DNA of 64,000 nucleotides from Lophium mytilinum (lineage: Eukaryota). A model generated the notes under the pieces. The model did not search any database. It saw only the letters and a program-made list of their open reading frames with translations, and had not been told where the DNA came from. A program made the translations under genes and the position numbers. Below, in pieces: positions 38,091 through 51,539 of this stretch. Location: NCBI GenBank assembly GCA_010093605.1, contig MU004198.1:2726-66725 (forward strand), written 5' to 3'. Within the stretch, counting starts at the first letter, position 1. The number at the start of each line of letters is the position of its first letter.

Positions 38091-39949
38091 TTGGCTGGTG
38101 AGCAGATGAAGGTGTCTACTATGTGAAATGGCTGATGAAATGGAGCTACTCGGTCGCGTCAGCTATCTTCTGACCGTTGTGCTAATGAATCTGCCAGAAA
38201 TATATACCGGAGAAGTGAAGTCAGTGTTTTACCGAACTACACGAAGCAAGTTTCGGAAGTTGGACATTGATCAGCCAGGAAGGCGAGATGCTAAACTGTT
38301 CAGCCTTGAGTCAAGATAATTGACCGCGCGTACGAGGCCCAGCCTTCTCTTATACGAGCAGCACTCCCTCTGCCGCCAAGCCCAAGATCAGCCTCGCATG
38401 TACGACCCAACGTAACTGACAAATGAGATCTCACCACATGGAATCTAATCGCGCAGCAGGCAAGACGGAATGCTAGCGGATATGTCTGTTGATTTGTGTA
38501 TGTGCTTTAGTATTCCATCTATATCTTTATAGCAAGAATAACATACAAAGAATAAGCTTAGTAAATACATAGAGGATGAGCATCTTTTTGCGTTGAGTTC
38601 ATACCATCTATGGATAATGGTAGGGCGCTATTCGTGCACTTAGGTAAAGCTCTTCACCAGGCTTCCTTTCAAGCTTCGTGTGGAGGTGCTCACGGAGAAG
38701 GGATACGGCGCTGACTCAACTGGCAAATAGAAGGAGATAAGATGATTGATAATATACGCGTATATATCTTAGGGGACAACTGATCCCACCAAAGACCAAT
38801 TCTGCTTTTGAACCTGAATGCACAGGAATTGAGGCTGAGCGGTGACTAAGTCAACCTGAATTTGTGGCTGCATGTACAATCCTGAGCATGCGGTTAGCGG
38901 ACAAACGAGAGGAACCCTTCCAACTCTACCTGATTGGCTCGTGTATATTGAGCCGAGGTGCCTAGTGACGCCTATCGCACCTCGATCGCCAGCATCCACG
39001 GCAATGGTTGCTTTAATGTTTTGAGAAGTTACGAGCTCTGCAGGACGTTCTCTCTCACCAATCCCTGGAGACGTGGGGCGGATAGAGCAAGCGAAAGTGG
39101 TCAGGCCACAGAGCACGGCGTTCATGCAAGCCTCAAGATTATAGGCATGTTTCATCCTTTCCGTCTATGCCCAAGACGTCTACATGGTGTATATTGGCCG
39201 ACAAATGTGAGACAGTCAAATTATTGAACAGGTGGTGTACGCAACCACAGGGGCAAGAAGAGCGGCCTCGTGCAAATTTGAGCGATACAATAACAAGACC
39301 AGGAGACACAGGGGTGTCAGCCCGCTCTTGTGACGCACCGCACACGTCCGGTCAAACCCCTCCATCCGGTCAAAGAGTTTATCGGCCCCTAATCAAGAGT
39401 GTGCTGTAGATATCAAGTGCCAAGCAGAAAGGGGGGACCACAGCGTTTGGATGCATCCGGTGAACTAGCGCAGATTTAACGCCACTGGTGTGCTAGATGA
39501 GATTGAAATAGAGAAAGTCCTTTTCTGGACAATGTAATCTATGCAAGCCCTGCAGTACGTGCGTTACTGTCCCTAACCGCCAAAAATCCCGATGCTTCAG
39601 CTAATGCTGCTCTGTTATAACTACTAAGGGAGTTGAGCTCGTTTGAATATAGTGTTTCCGGTAAGCGTAGCCTGCAGAAATAGTCACTTGGTCATGGCGA
39701 GGCCTAAATCAGTAGCCAGGCGGCAATGATGCACTATTAGGTAGTGTAAGGTAGGTTTCTCGCCACCCAGGGATGCATGCTAAGCTCGGTGCTGTTATAA
39801 AATTGCATAAAGGTGTTATGGTACATGAGAGATTTCCTGCTCAAGCAGCATCATGGTTTGCAGAGCCAATAGATCTAGGTTTTGCAAATTCCATGACATG
39901 ATCCGCTGCCCACACCCTCAGAAAAAGCCCGTCGGGAACGTACCACTTG

Positions 39950-40170
39950 CTGTGGTGCAGCCGGTGGGGAGTGCGGGGGCGGGTGGGGGGGTTGAGGGTG
40001 GAGGTTTGTTCCGGGTGAGAGATGGAGGTGGAGAGGGGAGAGGGGGTATGTTACTTTCTTTTTCTTTTTTGTGGATGACTTTGAGTCGGATTGGGGTGGC
40101 CACGAATTGCGTTGTGAATAGAGAGAAAGAGGGGCTGGGATGGTTTAGAGACTGTCTTAACGCGGCATGT
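39950..40170 (+). pseudogene. Relic copy of the BYS1-like gene 3' end and 3' UTR
   Basis: GGTGCAGCCGGTGGGGAGTGCGG is identical at 35375 and 39954, with continuing similarity. AGAGACTGTCTT occurs at 35563 and 40147. Confidence 0.75.
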
Positions 40171-40636
40171 CTTACTACAATATCTTTATTCATACTTTTT
40201 ATAAGAGTGTCGAGCGTACCCAGTAAAAGGAATAGCCCACTCACCATGCAACATACCTCTTCCAAATATCCAATGCTCGAGATCCCTTCCCTACGCGCTA
40301 GCACCTGTCCATATGACCTGCTGCCTAGCATCATCATCACGACACCAGCACCGGAGTTGCGGCACTGGGAGATACTCTACTGGGAAAACTTGCGTCCGTC
40401 AAGGTGTTGATAGCTGGGTCCCCCACAAAGCACCACAGCACGTTGAAAAAGCGTTGTGTCCAAACTAGAAAATGTCGTGGTTAAGATATCTCCTACCCTC
40501 ATAAAATGCCGCCATCCCGCACCCAATCGATCAGCCAGCCAGCTGAGCACGCCATCCATACTCCGTCTTTGGCTGGATAACCATGCCGAAGAAACCATGC
40601 AAAGCATCCTTGTCCTCAATCCTCATCAACTACCAT

Positions 40637-43449
40637 CTACTCCACCTCCATCGCCTCCCCCTCCGTCTCACCTCCGCCCCTCTTCTCCTTCACCCACTCC
40701 ACAAATTCATCGACGACGCTGGGCCAGCTGCTCTCCTCTGTCCAGAACCCCAAGCTCTCGTCTTCCAGCGTCATGCTCGCAAACTTCAGCGTCTCGTTCC
40801 ACACATCTTTGTTGACGCTCTTCTTCCACTTCGTCGTGAGGAATTCGACCCACCAATCGAGCCACGGGTTGCTCTGCGAATTCCATCGCACGGGGGAGGC
40901 CGCGGAGCCGAATAGCACCTTCCAGTACTCGACTGCTGTGTCGAGTTGGACAGATTTCTGGTTGCCGGTGCGGCCGATGTTGTAGGTGTATTTGTAGATG
41001 CGGGTGAAGGTGTCTTTGTTGGCGGGGAGGGTTTTGAGCAGGTTTTTCATGTATGATTTTTGCTTGTCGACTGTGTCGCAGCTAGAAGGTGTGTTAGTGA
41101 ATGATTTGAGGTTTTCAGGGAGCTGAGCGTCGTACCTCTGTGCCCCCCAGCCCTCGGTGAAGCCTTCTCGAGTCATCTCGCCCATTGTGGGGCATTGTAG
41201 GATTTCCGACACGGCGAGCATCCCGATGTCTTCGAGTTCGACCTTGATGTCGTTGAGATACGACATCATACCGGTGACGCCAATTGTGTCAGGGGTGGTT
41301 TTGTCATCTGAAAACTGTCAGCGATGTGGTGGTATTCGAGAAAGAGGCTTGATCATACCTCGATACTTGTCGAACACCTTGTTCAATCCTGACTTTGACG
41401 AGCCGGAGGGAGCAGATGCTGCTCCGCCACCTGAGAAGTATCTGGCACGAGACATTTTGGTTAGCAAAGAGACAGGTGTGTCAAATGTGTGTGGTGGTTT
41501 TGGGGAGTAATCATGAATCCGGAATTCCGTCCGAGGCGTTTATGTAGGCGTCGATACTCTCCAGGCACCAGTGATTCCGGATTGGGCTGCAGCTGTGAGT
41601 GAAATTCGAGGCTCCAGGATTCACTCTAATGAAGAACGTAAATAAGACATAATCTGGTTTACATGGTGAATAGCGCTCGGTTTTCTGACCAGGCTGAATT
41701 GGCGATGGGTGATTGATGGATTGCTGAGGGGCCTGAGGTGTTGAAGCACCCCCGGCGGCGCGAAAAGAAGACCGTTCTAGGATACAGATTTGGCACCATT
41801 TATTCGAAGATGTGGCTTTGGGTATGCATTTCATCCTTAGGACGGAGTGAAACCTACTGATCGTTGAATGGCTGGCTGAGGTGGTTATTGCCCTGGATGC
41901 CCTGACCGCGAAGTAGGGCCTCCTGGGCGATTGCGTAGTTGTATTTCCAGACGACAGCGCTCTGTTTGGCCCGATCAGAGGACGCAGATCCACTCGAGAA
42001 CATGGTGTATATCGTAGTCGAGTTTAGGAAGTCTCTTAAGGTGAGAGCGGAAGTGACTTGGTTGGGAGAAAGCGTGGTGGACTGCGAGGCGGAAGAGCTG
42101 AGAGAGATCGATCGATCGAGGGATGACGCAGATGCGAGGCATCACGCGGCCTAGAGCTCCTAGCTCATGCGTGCGCGAGGTAGTTGCAGAACAAGGTCCT
42201 ACAGGAGGTCGCTTCCTCAAACACTCTACAGGCAATTGTAGAGCAACCTACTACTCGAAATCCGTTGACCAGCTGAACAATGCTTCGGGAATCGTGTCCA
42301 TCGCTCTCAAAGTCCGGAAAATTCCAAAAGTGTGTATCATGACCCGCTCGTCCCTAATTTGGGTGGAATCGCATGGTAGACCATCCTGGCGCTAGACTTC
42401 TTGACGGAATCTAGCCATCCAGCATTGTATTTCGACAGCATTCGCCTTCACTCTCGCGTGTCCAGAAGCTCCAGATCCTTCCCAGTGGTATTCGAAGCCT
42501 CCTAGTATACGGCCAGATCCTCGGTCGGTATTCCGGATGGTAGATCGTGAAAGGGCTCGATGGACGAATGTGGTGAGAACAAGCAATGCAGAAAAACCAC
42601 TTACCCATTGACGGCTTGTTCCGAGTTCCAGTTGTGCGTTTTGAGGTGCTAAATGCAAGAATCAGGTCAGCCAATACTCTTTCAAATGTCGAGGACAGCA
42701 GGGTCGCAGTATGGGGAATGCCGCACTGGGCTGCAAAAGCATGTAGGAAAGCGGGGGTTCGAGGCTGGCAACTCACCTTCACAGCGGTATTGCGGTCTGA
42801 CGAGGTAAAGCTCATGAACTGAGTGATGGCACTCTTCTGCGCGGTAGTATATGCTGGAGGCATCGCTATGCCGCGTTAGCGCTGTCTTCGTATGGTAAAT
42901 GCAGGTAGAGTTGGTGGAGGCGTAGTGCAGAATATATGCAGGTAAGAAGGTCAAATTGCGAGTGCCAGAATAGAGTTGTGGATGCAAAGTATAGGGTTGT
43001 GGTTGAGAAAGGCGTGTCTGGAGGTGACTCGCGCACGCAAGGCACCGCCGCCCAAGACAGTGGAGGGGCTAGTTTCGGCCTCAGGCACACATGCGTCACC
43101 GTGGCGGCGTGGGGGTAGTTTCAGTGCAAGGCTGAGAGTGGTGACAATATAAAAGCGACTTACCATCCTGTTCGACCGGCGCCTTGACTGCCACTTTAGC
43201 TTTCATTTTGGCCGCAGCTTTTGGCTTCGCTTTAGTCACCGGCTTTGGTGGTGTTTTGACCTCCGACGCCACCTGTGTCTCTGATTTGGTCTTGCGAACT
43301 CTCTTCGGCTTCGCGTCTTCGACTGGCTGGGCGTCGGGCTGTGTCTCGACAGCTTTGGCTTTGCGTTTGGGCGGCATCGTGGTGGAGGCTGGAGATGTGG
43401 TGCTAGAAGCTGGTGTAAGGAGTGAAAGGGTGCGGCGCAAGAGGTTCAT
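40637..43449 (-). CDS. DCN1: Defective in cullin neddylation protein 1 (NEDD8 E3), 6 exons including an upstream Lys-rich exon
   Basis: UBA-like AQKSAITQFMSFT..HNWNSEQAVNGYF and PONY domain KDVWNETLKF..SSWPSVVDEFVEW. Introns 43163-42866, 42776-42649, 42604-41442, 41358-41308 and ~41134-41082. Confidence 0.9.
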
Positions 43450-43771
43450 CGTTGACCTGAAACTCGGGCGCTGCTACGTGAAGGTCGGAGATGCCTCTAG
43501 TGAAGGTCAACCGCAACTTCCCAATTCCACGAATGTGGCACAGAGCAGCAACTTTATGAATTAGAACCTCAATTTGGCTTCCTATGAGACAGAGAACCTC
43601 CGCCGAGATAACGACTACAAATATGCACGCAAGCCCCAAAACGCTACGCGCACCTCGAACCGTACAGTGATCTGAGCCGCCGAGAGAGCTAGAGATGAAA
43701 CCTAACAGCAGACTTCCTATATACCCCAAAGCTAGAAATTACAGACGCTAAAAGATTACAGCTGCCGCCAT

Positions 43772-46125
43772 CTAATCTCCAAGCGGCATTCCTTCAACCT
43801 CCTCACTCAGCCCCCTCCAATTATCCGCCTGTAGCTCTGCGTACTTGACGCGTTCCTGGCTCCAATCCTGGTGCAGCCTGCTGATATGATACTGCGAATG
43901 CTGGAAGAAGAGCAGCTCGTCCCGCACACACTCCTTGATGAAGACGCCGCGGGCATGTTGGGCGACGATAGACTGTTTGTCCTAGTACTTGTTAGCTGTG
44001 TTATAGACATTGTTGATTTCGGCATACTTACTCGAACAATGGCTTCTTCAACCTTCTCTGCCTCGTTGGGCTTCTGCAGGTGCTCCGGCTTGTTCCTGAT
44101 GGTCTGCAGCTTGTTTTCGTTATTTTGTATCCTCTTCTCCAGCTGTGGGATATTGTCCTTGGCATAACGATCTCGTCGATCAAATAGATCTCGCATGCTG
44201 ACGAGGCAGTCCCGTTGCCTCTTGAGATCTTCTAGAACACCTTCGTCCCAAGCCCGACCCTCGTCTTCTAGTAAGCTCTGGCTTGCTGATAGGTGTTTGG
44301 CGGTGGAGCTCAAGCCTTCATTGAGCATGGGAACGTCGTTGACATCAACAGCATACGTGTCTGATGATGCTTCGGTCAGGGATTGTAGAGCAAGGGAGAA
44401 GCGGAGGTATTCAGCCGCCAGCCCTTCGTTGCGCTTGCACAGCCGTTCCATGAGGTTGCATAGGTTGATGTATTGCTCTGCCGATCTCCGGACGCCCGAT
44501 CGTACCTGGTCGAACAGATCCTGTAAGTTTTGAGGAAGAGAGTCTTCCAGGCCTGGTGGCAGTGATTTCCCAGTAAACTCTTCCTGGACGGATATCGTAG
44601 CTTGTTTTCGCCATACAGCCAATTCCTACATCAGCCGTTAGCACGAGGTCTGCAATTACAGATCAGAAAGCGGACTTCTACCGTTGGAACTGTGAGGAAC
44701 ATGACGACTAGCTGCTCCTGCGAGAGCACTGGATGGCGAACAAGAGCGTTTGCGAATCGAGCGAGCCCACGACGTCGCTTCTCGACAAACGAAGCATCCG
44801 CAGCTAAGTAGTTGCCGTTGACTAAGAACCCATCAATTCGTGGTGTGCAAACGGACAATGGGAGACCTACTGGCGACACGTTTTGGTGGAAGGAGTGGGA
44901 GCTGGCGGAAAGGATACCTCTTGTGTAGACAATCCAACAACCATACAAAGTCGCTGTATCTTCGGATGATCTTGCTGTTGCGACGGGCGCTGGTGACTTC
45001 GTAGTTCCGATGCTGGAATAGAAACATCCCCTCTTTTTCGGTAATTGACGTCACGGTGATAATCTCTTCTACGCCATTACCCGCAACTCGGCCTCCTCCT
45101 GGGGATCTTCCCAAGCCACCTGGGTTGCGACTCGCATCGTCTCCTCCCTCGTTTCCGAATCCATCGCCTCCCAGCCCTGCGCCTGAGAATCCATCGGCCG
45201 AAGACCCATTGTATGCTCCCCAGCCAGCTGTTCCACCTGTAGTCGGTCGCTCGCCTATGTGATTGCTTGGAGGGGGCGAGCTGGGATTGTCAGACGCCGT
45301 TGTGAACGCGCTTGTTGTTCGTCCTGGCATCCCGCTGCTTGACAAGGTCGTCCCGTTGACTGGAGGCGCAGAAGCGTCCACAGTATGTTCATGACCTCGA
45401 TGAAGGGCTGGACTTGACCATGGGTCCGCTTCCGGGAATCCGAATGATTCCTTGCGCATGACACGCGACTGACTCGGAGTTACGGCCGGCTGGCTTTGAG
45501 GCGTGGCAGGAGTTGGGGGAGGTAGAGGAGTCGTTGGTTTCGCAGCTTCCGGAGGCGCGGGGAGCTTGATTGAGGGTTCTGGGAGGTCTTTGCGATGTCA
45601 GGACGGGTGTTGCGGCTGGGGTGAAGCGTTTGAGAGCTGGGACCTACGTCGTCTATGATCGTCCACGCTGTCCAGCGTCACGTCCTCGCCTTCCTGCGCC
45701 AGCCCAATGAGGGCGAGCAAGACATTGAACTCGCCCCTGCCGAATCCAGCAGTCGAGTCCTGTCCCGGTTGGGCCACGATGCCTAAGATCTTGGTCTGGA
45801 CGTCGGCGGGGAGTCCGCTGTCTCCCAGCAGCTTCTTCACTCCCGCGAGGCTGACTCCGCTCCCCGTGCGGTCGCCAGATGCTATCAGCGCATCGTATGC
45901 GTCGACATAGCTCTCAGGCACGTCCCCACTTCCCAGCAGCGTCTTCACCAGGTTCCCGCGCGCTGCCTTCTTGGGCGTCGGAAGGCCCCAGGGAGAGTCG
46001 CCGGCATCGTTAAAGTCATCGGTGAACAGACTCGAGCCTGATTTGGCTGCTGGTTTCGGCTCGTCGTCGAAGAGAGTGGACTGTTTAGGCCGCGCAGGCA
46101 GATCGTCATCGCCGAAGAGAGACAT
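43772..46125 (-). CDS. MVP1: Sorting nexin Mvp1 (PX-BAR); multi-exon
   Basis: MSLFGDD start, PX motifs EKEGMFLFQHRNY and RRYSDFVWLLDCLHKRYPFRQLPLLPPKR, BAR helices, EGMPLGD* end. Confidence 0.95.
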
Positions 46126-46677
46126 CACGGGCGAGGTCTAGGGTGCGCTGGAATTCAAGAAAGAGGCTACGGTCATCAATCGCGATGCAGTTAGAGACGA
46201 TAGAGGTGCAGGAAGACGAGGTATTGTAGTTGAAGCATGGCAGACGTCGCCGTCGAGCTTGATGGACGATATGCGGCGGGAGCAGCTCGCAAGTAACCAC
46301 CAGGCCGCGGTCCAAGCTTCGATAAACACAACTTGGCATTCATCTCCAGTGACCTCGCCTCGCTCACGTCATGGGCTAGTAATTGCAGCATTTGCCCGGT
46401 AATAGTTAAAGTACGAACTCAATACCATGGAGGCTATTCAATTAAATCAGAACTATGTAAGTATCAAGAAATCTCCCTTAGATACACCGTATCGTCCACA
46501 GGGTATCCATATAGTACCGAAACGCGCCAGAGTAAGTATCATGCAATGCTAACATCCAACTGCTGATAATGTCAGAAACTTTTCGTCCTTGTCCGTCCAC
46601 CAGTTACGCCGATTGAAACTCCTCTCAAGCCTGATCCCGATCCGGGTCCATAAAGCGCCGTCGTGATATTGGAAAAG

Positions 46678-48983
46678 TCAAGAAAATTGGGTATCGTCGT
46701 TGGGTGTATTCCGTTGAAAAGTGTCTTGAGTCGGCGGTGGATGTGTCACGAAACTAGACGGCAGAGTCCTGTCGAGGTTTAATTGTCTCGTCGATGGCTT
46801 CTGCCATGTCTCCGGCGTAAATCTAATTCTCGGCGAGGAGAGATTTTCCGACGTTGTTTGGGTAGCGGCTGGTTGCGGTGTCTCTATGGACTCAGTGACG
46901 TTCTGAGTCGGTACGACGGGAATGGGCGAGGATTCTGTCGAACTTGGGCCCGTCTGAGTTAAAACGTCGGGAGACCAAGTACGACCACGGGGTTGAGCTG
47001 GAATGATAGTGACAGGCAGGTTCGGCTCAACCTGCCGAGTGCTTCCTCTTTCGCGAATCTTGTCGCCTTGCTCTGCTGCGAATGCCCCCAGCCTCGACTT
47101 CAAACCCCTTCGAGATTCTTTTTGCGGCGGAATGCTCGCAGAAACATCGTCCACGCTGAGAGGATCAATGACTCTTCCTCGCTGCACTTCCGGGGGCGGG
47201 GAAGCTCGCCGGCGCTTGAACGGGTTTGGAACAGCTTGCCAACGTGACTGGGTCCTTCCATTTGTGGCCTCCTCTTCATCGGCCTCTGTTTGATTTCCGT
47301 GTGCCAATGGTTCAGATGACCTTTGTGGAGATACTGCGGAGCTGATGTTCGGTTCTTGATGTGGATTTGCCGAAACGACCCTCCCCATATTGGGAGGTGA
47401 TTCGCTGACTGGATGATACCGTACTGTGTATACTGTACTAGCGGCACTGGTTGTGTCTGTCCTGCTTACTGGCGATACGATAGCAGGTGGAGGTGTGGCC
47501 ACGGGAGCGCATGTTGGTGAGCCTATTTCGGTCTGTGATTGTGTTGGCTGCTTCTGATTGGAAGTTGGCGGCGCGTGTTTGCGACCAAGGGGAACAACGA
47601 TTACGTTGTCTTTCTTCGACTGTCTTGTTGGTCCCAAGCGATGTGCCATTTCGCTCAACCCGTGGCCGCTGAAAGCTGAGGCGAAGACACTACCTCGGAA
47701 CCCCTTTTCGCCTCCAGATCCATCATTTTCATCGTTCCGGCCGTTTCGAGGCCAGTGGACATCATCAGACGGCGTGGTTTCTAACATCTCATCGCCGTCG
47801 AATATTTCTCGGCCCAAGATCCCATCTTTCTTTTCTTCTCTTTCTAGAGCTTCGATGCGCTCTACCCACTCCCATACGATGACGCTAGCAGCAGCAGCGC
47901 CAACCCATCGGAAGTAGTCGCCCCATCCGGCGACGGTGTAATTAGATATGTCGGTAATGAAGAAAACGACGGGAGTAAGAATTGCTACAAATGATAAAAG
48001 TGCGACCAGAGTGATATTCCACATCATGGAATGGTAAAATGCGTATCGTCTTTTGGTGATGGAGTAATATATGACCCAGGCGGCGTAGAGCATGCTGAGA
48101 GCGAGTTGAAATAAGTAGCTGAGTGCTGGTATGGCGTCCACAAAACGACGAGGTCGTCCTGCGGAATTCCCCACAAAGCTGTTCAAACAACTGAAGGCGA
48201 TATCCAGCATGATAAGAGCGAATCCGGTCCATTTGATGATGACCTTCTCCTTGTGACGGGGGAAGAGTCGAATGAGAGTTTGAACCTGGGCGAGCCACAG
48301 AAAGATGTCGGATATCACTCTGGAGACCTTGATCTCCATCCCCCCGACTACCTCATCGCGGAGAGCCATGGCATCCATATATCCGGCTTCATACTGTCTT
48401 TCCGCGATCCTGAAAGTGTCGGCGGTAGCCAGGGTCAACGATATGGCAACCGTCAATGCCGCAACCTTCTGCAGCCACGGACGCGTCCCAACACCAATGA
48501 CTGATCCGCCACCACTGGCTCCGCTTATCATTCCGCGTCTTCCCATGAGCCCTGAGCGACCTCCCGCGCCAGCGAAGAACGTCCGAGGGGTGATGAGCAG
48601 CATTATAACCAACATCCACGCGATTACGGTGGCCGCGCCAGTCGCGTATGCCTGAGGAGTGATGGAGGCGTGGAAGGGATCCCGCATGTCAGCGGCACTG
48701 CCTGGCCCGAGTAGAGCAGTGGCCTCGGAGGGCGCGCCGGACGTGCATTCTGGCGTGAAGACGGCATTGGCAGTGAGGGTGACGGTGAAGTCGGGGCTGA
48801 TCTCGATAACGCCCAAGGATGGAAGGGTGTAGGGCTGACAGTGCTGCCAATTGTTAGTGCCTTGTCGCGCGCTCGTGGGATTACTATACACACTTCGTAG
48901 GGTCTGGTGGACGTCGCGGCGACAGCGTTCCATAACTGCCTCCGGAGGTATGGCTCGTCGCCCGCCATGCCTCTCGGGTCCAT
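46678..48983 (-). CDS. palH: pH-sensing 7-TM receptor PalH/Rim21
   Basis: RDPFHAS..PQAYA, RPWLQKVAAL, WLAQVQTLIRLFPRHKEK, VWEWVERIEALER..GILGRE. Intron 48844-48893. Confidence 0.95.
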
Positions 48984-49655
48984 CACTGGTCCTGCAGTGA
49001 AGGGCGGCTAGGCATGTCGTACCGGCAAAGGCAGTCGTAGCATCGACGAGATGGATTCGGGGGCTGGGCGGATGGCAATGGGGATGATGATGGATCGCTC
49101 GAGGTGCGCCTTGCGTGATGCTTGTTCTTCTTGGCCGTCTTGGAGGGATGCAGGGCTGAAGTGGGCTATTCTAGACCGTGGCTGAAATCGCTGACACACT
49201 TGCCTAGCTTCTTCGCTATCGCGCCGGCCCGAATCAATCCGAGGATGAGACGACATACCAACACCACCAGTGGAAAGATAGTTGAACCCTCTAGGTAAAT
49301 CTTGTTAATGCAGGAGCTTATAGATTACTATCGGGCCATGTCGAACGATGACAAAGCGTAGTTATGCCAGCATCAGCGCTCTTTCTTGGTTGTACAAAAC
49401 CTCGGCCTTATTGTATTACTGATACTTTCCAAGATGGCGTCAACGCAAGGGGTACCGTGTCTATTCATTGTATTAAGTGCGCTGGAATACATATATTACT
49501 CTTTCCTCTGTCTATTCAAGATCATAAACCCATCAGATCCTAATCAGCTCTTCGCCGCATCAAGGACGGAGTGACCCTCTGCTAAGATTCTATCGTCGTC
49601 TAACGCAGCATCCTAACTCACACCCCTACTCAAAAGAGCTAGTCAAGCCTTCACG

Positions 49656-50856
49656 ATGACTGGAGAGCTAGTCTTGGTACGAACAGCAAGCCGTTTTCAA
49701 GCTTGAAGCTGCTAACGATAGCTTAGATCACTGGTGCATCCGGCTTCCTAGGCGCCCAATTGGTCAATGAGACGCTCAAGGCAGGCTACCGTGTTCGTGG
49801 TACGGTTCGTCGACAGGCTCAGGTTGAGAGCCTAGAAGCCTTCTTCCGCCCTAACTATGGAGACCGCGTTGAATTCGCCACAATCCCCAACATGACGCAG
49901 GAAGGGGCATATGATGCTGTCCTGCATGATGTCGACTACATCTTCCACGTCGCTTCACCTCTGGCGTCTCCTAGTCACGCATGTACCACCAGTAGTTTCC
50001 AATATGAATCAGCTAACCCGCATAGGGCGCCGACACTGACTACAAGGCTGTATACATCGAGCCAGCCGTTGAAGGAGTTACAACTATCCTGGATGCAGCC
50101 ACCAAGTACCCTTCAATCAAGAGAGTCGTGATCACATCCTCCGTTGCTGCACTGCGACCACTGGAAGGGATTTCTGATGGCACCATCGAATCTGGTTTGT
50201 CTTCAATCTTACTCATATCACACACACTTACGAAAAAGACTGACCATATTCCAGAACAGAGTGGCGCGAATATTCAGCTTTCCCCCGACCACCCCTTTGC
50301 TAGCTTTGGAGAAGCTTATGCCGGTTCCAAGATTCTCGCTGATCAGGCCACCACCGCCTTCGTGAAAGCCAGACAGCCAAAGTACTCCACCGTGACCATC
50401 CATCCAACCTTCATTTACGGCCGCAACATCATTCAGACGTCTTTCTCCCAGCTTTCCGGCACCAACGCCTTCCTCTGGCATTCTCTCCAGGGTCCCCAGC
50501 CTATCGTAGGAAGTCGTGCCGTCCATGTTCTCGACGTTGCCGAAGCGCACCTCAGGGCACTCGAGTTGGTAGCCGATAAGGACCCGTACATGGACCCAAG
50601 CAGCTGGACTGGAGGCACTGCGAAGTTCATAGTCGCTGCACCATCCTTCGATTGGCTAGACATAGCCGAATTCACTCGGCGGAAGTATCCTCAAATTGGC
50701 TCTAAGCTCGAAGAAGGAAAGACCATAGCGGGCTCCTACGATACTAGTCGCGCAACAAGCATTCTTGGTTTGAAGAGCTTCAGACCGATTGAGGAGATGG
50801 TCACGGATGTTATCGATCAGCTCCTCGAGTTCCCTGACTTCCCAAAGAAAGATTGA
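49656..50856 (+). CDS. NAD(P)-dependent reductase/epimerase (GRE2/aldehyde reductase II-like SDR)
   Basis: MTGELVL|ITGASGFLG, GYRVRGTVR, FHVASP, VVITSS, YAGSK, VHVLDVAEAH. Confidence 0.9.
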
Positions 50857-51539
50857 GGAAATGAGCGCTTTCAACTTACCGGTTATTGCGGATTGACAGG
50901 AGGATGGATTGGTATTAATTTATACAAACGGTCTAAAACCTCATACCAAGCTCTCAGCATGTAGTGATGAGTGAAGTTGCAGATCTTGTAGCATCATTCT
51001 CTTTTACATTTCTTCGTCATATATCTGTGTACACCTGACGGTTGCCTTCTGAGGTGCTGGGTCTCAAGCATGTGAGGTATAGGTCTGCTCTTGCTTTGCG
51101 ACAGCAGTAAGTCCGTCGAGCTACCTCAGAGTGTGGCAGAAAATCGTGCAAAGATATACGACGCGGCGGTATCAGGCTCCCTCCATCAAAGAGCGGCAGT
51201 CTACGAATCGCTTCTGAATTGAAAGCCTTAGATTTGTGAGTACACATTCCTTCTGTGTCTGTGTGCCCTTGTCTGACGCCGCTTGGGGCCCTCTAGTATA
51301 TGTTCAAAAGCTGCAATCCTGATAGCTCCTCACGTCAAAGGTGGCGGTCCTAGTGGGATTGCAGCGCTACTGAGTACAACGAACTCTAAGATTGCCTCTG
51401 ACGCTTTAATTAAGGGCCTCATTGGAAATTTTTGTCCCATTTGCTGACGATGTGTAGAGCTCCTCAACTCACTCAACCCATCTAGAATCTTCTCGCTTTC
51501 TGTCACACGGTAAGGCTACTTTTAGGTTATAGCTTCAGC

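Noticed and set aside
38769..39409. Short ORFs between the 759-aa gene and the BYS1 relic
   Set aside because: No recognisable domain or gene structure.
1..40000. Starship element or secondary-metabolite cluster
   Set aside because: No tyrosine-recombinase captain and no PKS, NRPS or terpene backbone gene visible in the window.
42350..42362. CCCTAA in the DCN1 intron as a telomerase RNA template
   Set aside because: Only one 6-nt unit with no alignment extension, and it is antisense to the host transcript.
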